From the NCBI GenBank assembly GCA_965644315.1, contig CBFFRQ010000030.1:62001-126000 (forward strand): DNA of 64,000 nucleotides. Reading direction: 5' to 3'. A program made the position numbers and the translations under genes. Shown piece after piece: positions 12,001 through 23,300 of this stretch; position 1 is the first letter of the stretch, and each line of letters starts with the position of its first letter. This stretch comes from Caecitellus pseudoparvulus (taxonomy: Eukaryota > Protista > Bigyra: Bicosoecida). The notes under the pieces were generated by a model. It saw nothing but the letters and a program-made list of their open reading frames with translations, ran no database searches and was not told the DNA's origin.

Positions 12001-12265
12001 CGAGAAGTCGCCTTCCATCGAGCTGGGCTCCGACTTCGCCAAGCAGCTGGGGCTGGGTGACTTGACGCCGCATGAGCCAGCCGTGCCCAGTGCCGCCGCC
12101 GCAGGGGGCGGCGGCGGGCGCCCTTCCGACGCAGCTGCCAGCGCAAGTCCTAGGAGCGACGGCAAGGGCAAACGCCGCGGCAAGCAGCGTGGCGGCGGCG
12201 GCGGCAGCGTCAGTGACAGCAGCAGTGACACTGACTCGTCAGTGGATTTGGAGGGCATGGACTAG
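9020..12265 (+). CDS. Divergent SAPS (SIT4-associated/PP6 regulatory subunit)-like helical protein
   Basis: Inferred introns 9047-9135, 9325-9412 and 9509-9613. PLGTFRLEAVQTL, EYPHSSMLQ, LNGTVLQVLN and HAKW resemble SAPS-domain blocks as I recall them. Confidence 0.6.
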
Positions 12266-12388
12266 GTGCCAGCCCCCCCCCTTCCCCGCCACAGAGCCGC
12301 GAGGGAAGGCTTGCTTGCATATGCAATGCACTAGTGTGTGCTACCGCTGCTGTCGCTGCAGAGCCAGCTGGGTGGGGGATGTGCATTG

Positions 12389-13262
12389 TCACTCCAGTTC
12401 AATTTCCGCGCCCAGCTCCTTGAGCTTGGCAGCAATGCTCTCCGCCTCCTCCTTCTTGACGTCCTTCATGATGACGGCTGGGGCAGACTCCACCAGTTCC
12501 TTGGCCTGTGAGGGTGTGAGGCGGGGGGAGCGTGTGTGAGGGGGGGGCGATGCGTGTGCGTGCGAGGACTTGACCACCACGTACCTCCTTCAAGCCCAGG
12601 CCAGTCAAGCTGCGGACCTCCTTGATGATCTTGATCTTGGTCTTGGCGTCGAAGGCCGCCAGCTTCAGCTCAAAGTGCGTCTTCTCCTCGACAGCAGGGG
12701 CCTCCTCCTCGGCAGCACCGGCGCCGGCGCCTGGCCCAGCCACGGCCACGCCGCCCATGGGCATGATGAGCTGGTCATCCGTGACGCCCAGCTTCTCCTT
12801 CAGGTAGCCCATGAGCTCCGCGGCGTCCACCATGTTCAAGGCCAGCACCTGGTCGCCAATGGCCACCACGTGGGGGCTGTACGCTGTGGAGCCATCTGCT
12901 GACACCACCTGCACGTTGGGGTCCAGAGCGCTGAGGGCCTCTGCAATGCCACCAGCATCACCAGAGGGCGGGTGGTCCAGGACATTGGTGCTATCTGCCT
13001 GTCGACCGTCGGCAGGCGCCTCGCTGGCAGCTGCATCGCTGTGGGCAGGCACTGATGTGGAGATGGCACGAGCGGAATTGGGACTGCGCAGGGCCAGGCG
13101 GCAAGCGAGTGTTGCGGGCGCCTCTGCAGCTGCCAGGCGGCGCGGGCCGCCGTACCCAATGAACACGCTGGGGGAGTAGACTGTAGAAGCCACTGGGCGC
13201 AGTGCAGGCATGACGGCCCGTGCGGCCAGCACTGCGCGGCGGCTCAGCTGTGTCGCTGCCAT
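12389..13262 (-). CDS. MRPL12: Mitochondrial ribosomal protein L7/L12
   Basis: Presequence; EEKTHFELKL..KIKIIKEVRSLTGLGLKE|AKELVESAP..KEEAE..KLKELGAEIELE. Intron 12506-12584. Confidence 0.95.
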
Positions 13263-13436
13263 GCTGCTGCTGCGGGGAAACACGCGGAGAGCTGTTCTGG
13301 CAGTCACCTGCAGTGCGAAGTGCACGTGAGCAGGGCAGGAGCCAGGGGCATGGTGCAGATGCAGACAACGTGTGTGCATGCAAACTGTGAATTGCCCGTG
13401 CGCAGGCTCTGCGCCGGCCGGGCGGTGTGGTGTGGC

Positions 13437-16400
13437 TCAGCTCTGTGCCGCGGCGGCCCAAGCCGCCACGCCCACCTGCCGTGTGTTGCCGCAGACAGGC
13501 GCCGTGGCGGCGAACAACGCCGCTTCCCCCCGTCCATGCAGCTCCAAGATGGGCAGGGCAGGTGCAGGGGGCAGCGGCTCCGCGGCGCTGCCCTCGAACA
13601 CTGCTGCGATGCTGGGCGGCGCGGGGCCCACGCCAGCCAGCAGCGCCAGGCCGCCGTCAGCGATGCCAGACACCTGCTCTGTCACGGCAGGGGGTGCGGC
13701 GATGGGGGTGCCACCCTCTCCGCCGTCTGTCACCTCCCCCACATGAGCCCTGCTGTCCGACACGGCGTCCCCGCCGCCCCCCGCCGCAGCGCCGTCCCCC
13801 CCAAACACCAACACAGCCACCTTGCGCCGCAGGTCACCTCCCCGCACGACCGCCCGGCGCAGCACACGCACGACGCCCTCTGGCGAGCCCTTGTCCAGCA
13901 AGTACGCCGCCATGTCCCCCATGCGCCCGAAGGCGGCACTGCGCCGCAGCTCAGCCCACACGAAGGCAGCCTCGGAGCGCAGGGACTCACGCGCCTGCAG
14001 CTTGTCCTTCAGCAGGCTGGACACTTGCTGGGCAAATGCGTCGGGCGTCAGCGTCGCCTCCAGGTGCGCCGTGTGCGCGGCGAGGAAGGCCTCCATGCGC
14101 CCCTCCAGCACTCGGGCAGGCACCTTGTTGCTCTGCACCACCACCATCAGCGTCACGGCTCCGCCCTCCCGGGTCACCCCCACGTGCACGATGTACCCCA
14201 GTGACTCGCGCGTACGCAGCACGTCAAACGCTGGCTCCCGCAGCAACTGCGCCAGCAGCTCCCCGATGGCCCGTGTGGGCCCATCGTCTGGCCCCAGCTG
14301 CAGGGACAGGCGCACAGCACTGTTGGGTTCGTTGGGCGAGGGGTGCTGGTGGCAGTAGCGCACCTCAGCTCCCCACGGCATGACCAGTGTGCGGTGCTCC
14401 ACGATCTGCCGGGGCAGAGGGGGTGTTGCGGTGGGAAATGCGTCCAGCATTTGCTGGCCAAGTGCCTTGGCAGTCTCCGCGTCGGCATTGCCGTGCACGT
14501 GCACTTCCAGGGCCAGGCTGGACAGAAGTGGCGCCACGAAAGCCCGCAGGTCTCCCGGCTCCACACCAGCCGTGATGGCCTCCAGCTTGGCGCTCACATG
14601 CCACGTGGGCGCCACCTCCACCTGCCCGCTCTCGTACATGGCATGCCGCACAGCGTCCTGACTGGCACGGCTCTCCAGGCTGCGCTTGAAGGCGTCCAGC
14701 TGCACTGCGAACTGCTCGTCCGTGAAGCCAGCGTGGGGGGCGGGCGCCGTCCCTAGCGAGGCCATGCGCCCCAGCACCTTGTCCAGCAGCACGGGCAGCT
14801 TGTGGGAGAACCCGTACAGGGCCAGGTTGATGCCGTGGGTGGCGGAGCAGGAGTAACTCAAGTCTGCCAGCTCCGCCGCGTACGCGTACTCGTTCAGGGA
14901 CTCCTTCAACATGCGGCAGAACATCTCCGTCAGGACGCTGGACCGCGGGCTGGCATACGCGGCAGGCAGGTGCAGCATGGCGTCCAGGCGAATCTTGGGC
15001 TCCCCGAACCACCCGTCGCCGTGCCAGCTCAGGCGCATGGCAGGGCTGTTCACCAGCAGCACCGGCACGACGGGGCGCAGACCCATGCCTGAGCGCCCTG
15101 CATCCACCGCCAGGGCAGCAGCCTTGGTCATGGCGGGGTGGGCCCACAGCCCCTCTCGACTGGCCGCGCTGGCCGTGGCTGCAGCGAGTGCCGCTGCGCC
15201 TTCCTCCGGCGTTGGGCGGGCAGCCTTGCCATTGGCCAGGCTGAAGTCCGTGGCGATGAACTGGTTCGTGTCGGGCAGGCGCATGGCGGAGGGCTCTGGC
15301 CGCGGCACGCCTCTCCACTTGGCCTCCTGCTCAGCGCTGAACGGCACACTGCCGAACTGCGTCTTGTACCAGCGCTCGGACTGTTCGCACTTGTCCTGCA
15401 CCTCCTTCGCCACCACCCTCACACGCAAGTTGTCCAGGGTGAAGTGCTGCAGGAAGCTCTCCATGGCCGCCGCATCCCACTCGTAAAACAGCTGCCCAGC
15501 CAGCAGCATGCGGTGCGTCGGAATGCCAGGCGCCTGCTGCGCCACTGCCAGGTGCTGCGCCGTCCCGCCAGCACTGGCCTTGGCCATGAACTTCACATAG
15601 GCCACCTCGATGGCGGCCTGCTCCTGCCACAGCTCCACTTGGGGGCCCTCCTCCCGCAGCAGCTGGATGTATGCGAACACGGCCTGCACGATGTCATCCA
15701 CAGCATCCACCCCCGCTGGCGTCAGGGACACCTTCACGTTGAACTGGGTGAAGGTGAGGTCGGCAAAGCGAGCCCCTGCGCTGAGGCCTGCCGCCCACCC
15801 CTTGGCCTTGAGGTGCGACAGCAGGCTGCCTGGGCCCTCGTGCCCCAGGAGGTTGGCGTAGTACCGCTCCGGCTTGCTGGCGTACGTGTCGTGGATGCAG
15901 GGCAGTTGCCAGGACAGCGTCAGGGTGCGCTTCTCCGCCACAGGCACCATGTACTGCACCAGGCGCGTGTCCACGCCGACGCGCCAGGGCAGGGCGGGGG
16001 CGGGCGCAGTCGGCTGAGGCACGGGCGTGTCCTTGTTGGGCACTGCCGAGAACAGGGAGACGGCGAGTTCTTCCAGCTCGCCAAGGCTCTCCTTGCCCAC
16101 CAGGACCAGGGACATGATGTTGGCAGAGTAGTACTTGTCGTGGAACTTCAGCAGCTCGTCCCGCACGTCAATGCCCTGCTCAGCTGGCGTGTCTCGCAGC
16201 GTCACGCTGTCGCCCGTTGCGAACTTGTGGAAGGGGTGAGCCGGGTCGGACGTGGTCTTGTCCAGCTGGTACTCCCGCCAGTGGTCAGCCTGGATGTTCT
16301 TCGCGTGCTCTGCGTCCACTGCGTCCAGCTCGCGGCTCGTGGCGCTGGCGGTGAACTTGGGCGTCTTGAAGAACTCCGCAAACATGTCCAGGGCAGGGGG

Positions 16401-16922
16401 CAGGGAATCCGAGCCCACCTCAAAAAAGTACACTGTGCGCTCACGGTCCGTGTACGCGTTGCTCCACCCGGAATGTGCCGCCAAGAAGCGGCTGTACTCG
16501 TTCTCATCCGGGTACTTGTCCGTGCCCACTGTCGCAGGAGCGGCGCCGGTTCGTGGCAAACTGACGGGGCGAAACGCGGGGGCGAAACGCAGCTGCGCGC
16601 CACGCACGGAAACACATGTGCTCGCAGAAGTGGGCCAGGCCCGGCACCTCCTCAGGGTCGCTGTTGCTGCCCACGTTCACAGCCATGGCTGCTGCGGCCT
16701 GTGCAAGAATTCAGCGGCCGCAGGGGTGCTGCAGAACGCCGCGTCGGCGTGGTGGCTGTGCCTGAGCATTCTCACCTTGTCAGTGGAGTGGTCTGACACC
16801 AGCAGCACCCGCAGCTTGTTGTCCAGGACCAGGTGCTTGAACTCCCGGTCATCGTTCACAGACACCTGCAGGCCGTGGCTGTCCTTCACTGCCTCGGAGA
16901 TGTCCACAGGAACTGCGGCCAT
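13437..16922 (-). CDS. IDE: Insulin-degrading enzyme-like M16A metallopeptidase
   Basis: Inverted zinc motif [21 protein letters not shown] after removing introns 16699-16775 and 16529-16607; NAYT, FHDKYYSAN, LLGHEGPGSL, LRTRESLGYIV. Confidence 0.93.
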
Positions 16923-17157
16923 GACAGCGTGCGCAAGCAAAAGCGCGAAACACGCAAAGCAGAATGCACGTCGAAGTGCACTCGCCAGGGTGTCACAGAG
17001 CGACGTAATGTGGGTGAATAGAGCTGGTGTTGTAAATTCTTCCTCTAAATTCCGATTCGTGCCGTTGGTTTTGCCTGCGCGGCTCGGGTGACTTTGCTGC
17101 TTCTTTCGATTTCCGCACACTGCCTCCCGGCTCTGGACGCTCCACCTCCCTGCCACG

Positions 17158-18453
17158 ATGCCAGTCAAAGCCAGCGCCTTTGGCTGGCTGCTTGGCGTGG
17201 CAGTAGTTCTCTTGCACAACCCGCTGCACTGTCGCTGCCTGGCACCCCTGCCAGCGCCGCTCTCGGCTGACCAGCGCCTGGCCTTCCTGAAGGAATTCGA
17301 GGCAGTCGTGCAGCACCCAGTGTACGTTCTGGACATGGGACACAGCGCTAGGGGCCAGCACCGAGTTCTGGCCTCTGCCTTCATGGGGGATGCAGTGCTG
17401 GCGGTGCGGTACCCGCTCCCAGGAGCAGTGCAGTGGGGCGATGGTGCCGTCGATGCACGCAGGGTAAGTCTCTTTGCGGCAGGCGTGTACTGCCGTGGGA
17501 AGGTCAGCGAGGTGGCAGCCAGCGTGGCGAGGTCCATGGGCCTGCCACCGAGCCCAGTGTCCAGCGGCGCCCACGTCTGGGGCTCTGGGTGTGGCGTGGT
17601 GGACAGTCCGTGGGGCCTGGTGCAGGCTGGCGAGTGGGTGTACGTGTCCTCCTTTGGCGCAGACCAGGTCCTGCGCTTCCACAGCGAGACGGGGGCATAC
17701 GGGGGGTACTTGGGTGGGCCTGGCGTGCTGGACTGCCCTGAGGGCATGGCAGTGGACCCTGCCACCTCCACGCTGTACGTCGTGAACTACCTCGGCAACG
17801 ACATCGCAACCTTCGACCTTACATCGGGCGCGTACACTGGCAGCCTCGGCCAGGGCGGGGCTCTGGCAGGGCCTGAAGATTGTGCCCTGGACGGCTCTGG
17901 TCGCCTGCTGGTGACATCGCACTGGGACGACTCCGTGCATGCCTTCGACATTCGCACCGGGGCGTGGCTGGGGCGCCTCGTGGGCTCGGCAGCGGACCTG
18001 GCCCACAGCGAAGCCAACACGCCCTTGGCTGACGCCGACCCTGCCTTTCGTATGTGGCACAAGGGCCAAGACCAGGCGCCTGGTGCTGCAGCGCCGGCTG
18101 CGCAGCTGGGGCCAGCACCGGCTCCCGCTGACACCCCCGAGCAACGGGAGCTGCCTCTCAGCCCCGTCGGCATCCAGGTGCTGCCAGACGACACATTTCT
18201 CGTGGCGTCCTTCAGGCGGGATGCGGTGATGCGGTATGCGCCGGGTGGGCAGGCCATGGGGGTGTACGTTCGTGGGGGGGGTGTGCGCGGCCCGTCAGGT
18301 CTGGCCATAGGCAGTGCGGGGGAGGTGTTCGTGGCGTCGTATGACAACCACCGAGTCATGGTGTGGAATGCGACGCAGGGGCTGCCTGGGGCGACCCTGC
18401 ACCCCTCGCAGTGGACCGCCACCATCCTCGCAAGTGCAGCGCGCGCCCAGTGA
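17158..18453 (+). CDS. Secreted NHL/SMP-30-type beta-propeller repeat protein
   Basis: Hydrophobic N-terminus; repeats PWGLV..YVSSF, PEGMAVDP..LYVVN, PEDCALD..LLVTS, PVGIQV..LVAS, PSGLAIG..VFVAS. Confidence 0.75.
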   Translation: MPVKASAFGWLLGVAVVLLHNPLHCRCLAPLPAPLSADQRLAFLKEFEAVVQHPVYVLDMGHSARGQHRVLASAFMGDAVLAVRYPLPGAVQWGDGAVDARRVSLFAAGVYCRGKVSEVAASVARSMGLPPSPVSSGAHVWGSGCGVVDSPWGLVQAGEWVYVSSFGADQVLRFHSETGAYGGYLGGPGVLDCPEGMAVDPATSTLYVVNYLGNDIATFDLTSGAYTGSLGQGGALAGPEDCALDGSGRLLVTSHWDDSVHAFDIRTGAWLGRLVGSAADLAHSEANTPLADADPAFRMWHKGQDQAPGAAAPAAQLGPAPAPADTPEQRELPLSPVGIQVLPDDTFLVASFRRDAVMRYAPGGQAMGVYVRGGGVRGPSGLAIGSAGEVFVASYDNHRVMVWNATQGLPGATLHPSQWTATILASAARAQ

Positions 18454-18560
18454 CGAGACGGCCCTGTGTGCATTGCGTATAGGTCCAGCACGCTGCACTG
18501 GGGGGAACGCCAGACAGCCCCCTCTTCCACCCCTTGCAAAGGCAGAACAGCCCCAGCAGG

Positions 18561-20134
18561 CTACGGCAAATGCATCTTGGACAGGCGGCGCTGCATGGTG
18601 GCGGCGAGGAACAGAGCGCCCCCTCCCAGCAGCAGTGCGCCCACCGCCACCAGCCACAGCAGCCCATTGCCACCCCCAGCCACGGCTGCCTGCAGCTCAG
18701 CCACAGTGGTGGCCACCTCAGTCACTTTGGCGTTGGCGCGCTGCACCTCCCCCGCGTCAGCTGCGCGGCCGATGCGGGAAGAGATGCTCTCAACGGCAGA
18801 AGCCAGCTCCCCCATGCGGCGCCGCATATTGTCCAGCGCCGCCGTGTCCCCCGGTGCAGCCTTGCTCTGCCCCACCGCGGCGACCTTGTCGGCCAAGTCA
18901 GCGACACTGGCGGACAGGCGCTGGATGCCCTGCTGCATCTGCTGCACCGTGTCGCTGGCGACGAGGCGGTCATCCAGCTCCGCCAGCGTCAGTTCACGGG
19001 GTGGGCTGGGGGGGGGCGCCACCGGGTCCGCTGCCTTGGGCGTCTCGGGCGCGGCCATTGCAGGCTCCGCTTGCTTCACCGCCGGCACGCTGCGCCCTCC
19101 ACGCACAAAGGCGGGTTCAGGGGGCGTGGCAGGGGGCACCATGTCCTTCGATTTCCTGGCCTCCGCTTCCGCGTTGGGGTCTGGCGTGCCGTTGCGCACG
19201 TGGTCCGGCACCTGGCTCTCGTGGGCACCCTGTTGCCCGCGTGTCTCAATGCTCAGCACCTCGTGCGCGTCAGTCAACTGCCCCGTGGAGGCCGAAGCAG
19301 CCAGCCAGTACCCCGGCGGCAAGTCCACGGAGTGCAAGGTGAAGCAGTGCTGCCAGGCGTATTTCGCAGCAGAGCGGTACTGGTCCCGCCGCCGCCCCAG
19401 GAAGACACTGGCGCGCAGCTCCTTCACCTGCCAGTCATACTCCAGGCGCACCGTGACCACCTTGGGGTCCCTGCCGTACTGCCGAATACGGGCGTGGCAG
19501 CCAGCATGGGCGCGTGACGCGGCGTGTGACGGGTCTTGCAGCGCCTCGTCATCTGCCTCCAGCTCAGCGTAGCTGAAGGCGTGGGTGCCGGTGGACAGGA
19601 AGGCGGAGATGTACGGGTGCTTGTGCACGTGCTTGCCCGGGGCGTTGTCGTAGGTGTCCAGGAACAGCCCCAGGCCCGTCCACGACGCCTTGCGTGCGAA
19701 CACCTCGCCCTCCTCGAAGGGCTCCTTGGTCAGCCACACTGCCGCGCCATCGCCGTACAGTGACACGCCCTGCCCGCCAATGCGCAGCTGCACGTCGATG
19801 CGCCACTCCCGACCCATGAGGTTCCCTGGCTCGGTTGTCTGGATCCAGCCTCGCTGGCTCTGTGCCGGGAACGTGGCGTGAAGCGGAGTGCAGCGAGCAG
19901 GCTTCCCCAGCTCAGCCATGGCGCAGAGGAACGCACCTGCTTGTCAAGTGTGAGCATGACGGTGTCATCCTTGATCTCTGCGTCGCCCCCCAGCTGCCAC
20001 CGCTGCAAGGTGCTCTCAATGCCGTCGCCTGCCAAGTCCAGCGTCATGGCTGGCAGCGGCTCCTCCGAAACCAGACCCCAGGCGCCCCCTATTGCGGCGC
20101 AAAGCAGCGTCAAAGTGGCAGTGCGAGTCAACAT
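18561..20134 (-). CDS. L-type lectin cargo receptor (VIP36/ERGIC-53/Emp47 family)
   Basis: Signal peptide; LTLDKQ|SQRGW (intron 19860-19936); YGDGAAVW, GLGLFLDTYDN, HPYIS, SASTGQLTDAHEV; coiled coil, TM and a C-terminal KMHLP (KxHxx-type retrieval motif). Confidence 0.9.
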
Positions 20135-20333
20135 GATACCTGAATGCTTGAATCTGAGTCGCTTCTATCGAGAGGACTCCGGCGCAGTCGCTGTGGACGG
20201 CGGAGCGATGTGCCGCGTGGCAGGGGGCAATTTCCGCACCCCGCACTTCGCCACGCCAGCAGCGCGTGCACGTGCAAACAGCCAAGGCGCAGGACAAGCC
20301 CGGCACTGAGACAGTGATGTGGGTGTGTGCATT

Positions 20334-23300
20334 TTACTGCAACTCCCAGACATTGACACAGGCCCCAGCCGCAGCAAGGGCTCGGGGCACTTGCACGCTG
20401 TGGCCTTCGGCTCGGTACGCCGCCCGTCGCAACACGCCCTCCACACCACTGCCCACGCTGGTGGAGGCGGCGGCCGGCCCATCGTCAGGGTGCTCCTCCA
20501 GCACAGTCACCGCGGCGCTCACCTGCTCTGCATGCGCCGCACTGACCGCCAGGACTTGCCCCACGTGCCCTGGCGTGGCGGACAGCACTGCCAGTGACTT
20601 GCGTTGCTGCAGCGACACCAAGACTCGGTTGTGCACCTGGTTCGCCACATGGGCCACGCCTGTGAGGCCAGTGACTGCGTCCCCCACCAGGTCTTGCAAG
20701 GGCGGGCTGAAGCCCAGCACCGCGCCCCCCTCGCACTGCACGAGGGACAGGTGCTGTGTGGCACCCCCCCTCACGACCAACAGAGCAAGGTGGCGCCCCG
20801 CTGAGCCAGGCACCAGGGCGGCGCCCATGGCAGGGGCACCCTCTGCAGGCAGGTGCAGCAGTGGGGAGGCGTCCTCTGCCACGTGGCAGGAGGCGGTGCC
20901 GAGGAGGTCGCCGCCCACCCCCGACTGCAGCAGGGTCAGGCGCCAAGTGGACACTGCGCCATTCGCGGAGCCCACTGCCAGGACGCCGGGTGCGTCGGAG
21001 GCGGTGGACAGGTGCCGAATGGGCGTGGAGGCGTGTCGGGCCACGGCAGCCGTGGCGGCAGGGTCCCCTGCGAACAGCCAGCAAGTGGACAGGACCACCC
21101 CGTCCGCGCCCAGCACGGCACAGTGCACCCTGCCTCGCCCATCGCCAGAGGCTAGAATCGCGTCTCCCCCCACCAGCGGCACCCAGGCCATGGCGGTGAC
21201 GGGGGCACCCCCATGCACCGTCAGCTGGCACTGCCGTCTGACGTCCACGCCACACAGGCCCGCTGAGAGGGACGACTGCGACCCCCCCTTACCCCCCCTG
21301 CGCCCAACCGGCGCCACAGCTGGCCGCCCGGGGGATGCCGTCCCCCCTGTCGCGTCCTCGGCATCCTTCACCTGCTCGCCCTGCCCCAGCGCGAGACTGC
21401 GCCCGTCTCCTGCGCCGCCAGGTGGTGACTCAGGCACGCCCAGCGCAGTGACTCCGATGCTGCCGTTGCCATACCCGACGGCAATGCGCACAGGCAGTGT
21501 GCCGTCAGCGTCAGGCTGCCCCACACGCAGCGCGTGAGAGGTGGGCTGCAGCAGTCCCACAGCGCGGGGCTTGCGCGTCTGTGACGGCGCCACAGGCGGC
21601 GACAGAGAGCTGCCACACGACACGGGCACGCCAAAGTCGTACGCTTGCACCTTGGCGGCCAGACGCCAGCCCTGCACGCTGTACACTTGCACAGCGCCAG
21701 AGGTGCTGGTGGCCATGACGCTGCGGGTCAGGTCGGGGCTGGTCTCCGCGCAAATGCCCAGCACTTGCTCGGGGTGCCCCGACAGCACCCGCGCCGCGCG
21801 CCCCCCCAGCCCCACCTGCACGAGGGAGATCGCTGCGTCGGTGCTTGCGACGAGGCACTGCCCGCGACCCCACCGACCCACGATGCATGCCGCCGGAGCA
21901 GGCAGCGCCAACAGCGCCCTTGGCGACAGCTTGGCCCTGCTGCGTCCGTTGGCCTTGGTGCTGGCCGCTGGGCGCAGGAGCAAGCGGGCGTGGGCGGGAG
22001 GGGCATGTGGCGTGGTGCCTGCCGAGACGCCGCTGCCGCCCGTCACACTGCGTCGCGTAGTCTGAGAGGCGGCCGCAGAGCCAGGGGGAGGGGTGATGGC
22101 TCGCTTGCGACGCGACCTCGCGCCGCCCTTGCTGCGGCCAGAAACGGAGCTGCCACGGGTGGATGGTCGCCTGGAGGTGCCGGAGCCGCGCGAGCTGGTC
22201 GTGCCGGCACGTCGCACGCGCCGACGCTTGGCGCTGGCAGGTCGCACGTCAATGACCTTGCCCCCTCGCTGCACCTTGCGTGGTTTCTTGGCAGCTGCCT
22301 TGCCTCGGCTGCGAGGACGGAGGGGGGGGCGCCCCCGCACAGCTGCAGGCGGCTTGGCAGTGTCAGGGGTGGGTACTGTGCTGCTGCCGCTGCGCTGCAG
22401 CTTCCACCCCGCCACCACGCCATGCGCATGGCCGAGGGTGACACGACCACCACTGCTTAGTGCGAGGCACGTCACGCCTCGCCGCGTGAGCGCCTTGTGG
22501 GAGGGCAGCGGGGCGTACGGGCTGCGGGTGGGTGGGCACTTGAGCGCCTCTGAGCTGGGCGCACCCTTGGGGATGGCCGCTGCCGCGGACACGACGCCCT
22601 GCAACTCCCAAGTCAGGGCACCCTCGCCCTCCACGTGGCTCGTCCCCTGCAGCGTCCACACCCGCCCCTCGCCATCCCCCAGCAACAGCAGACGGGCCGC
22701 CTCCTCCACAGCGCCACCCCCTCCGCTGCCTGGGACAGCGACCACGCCGCAGTCAGCTGACGTGATCCACGGCCGGGCAGCCAACCACGCAGGCCCTTCG
22801 TGGTCGCCCTCTGGCGCCGCCCGCATGCTGAGTGTGTCGTCGTTCAGCACAGGCATGACGACCAGGCCTGAGGGGGGGGCGGGCGGCAAGGCGCCCAGCG
22901 TCGGGGCACGGCTGTGGTGTCCGCCCCCCTGGCTCTCGAGAAAGGCGTGCACGCCGCTCAAGTCGAAGGCGAAGGCGCCTGCTCGGCCACACCCAACGAA
23001 GGAGCCCGGCGACACCCACGCAAGCGTGTCCAGCGCAGCTGACCCCTGCACGCCAGTGTGGAAGGACCCAGGGAGTGCCAGCGTGCGCTGCACCAGGGGG
23101 GCAATCTCCACCACCACCCCCTCCTCAACGGCGCCACCCTGCCCGCTGCCAGCAGTCGTGCCGCTGATGCCCAGTGCCAGGCCAAAGAATCCCCGAATGT
23201 CCCACACTGCCGCTGTGACCAGCGCATCGCCGTCGTCCAGGCGAGCTGCCAAGGCGGCCACCTGGGAACCAGCAGGATCCACCGCCATAGCCACTAAGGC

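Noticed and set aside
12400-12409. CAATTTCCGC copy in MRPL12
   Set aside because: Lies in coding sequence (AEIE codons); not counted as regulatory.
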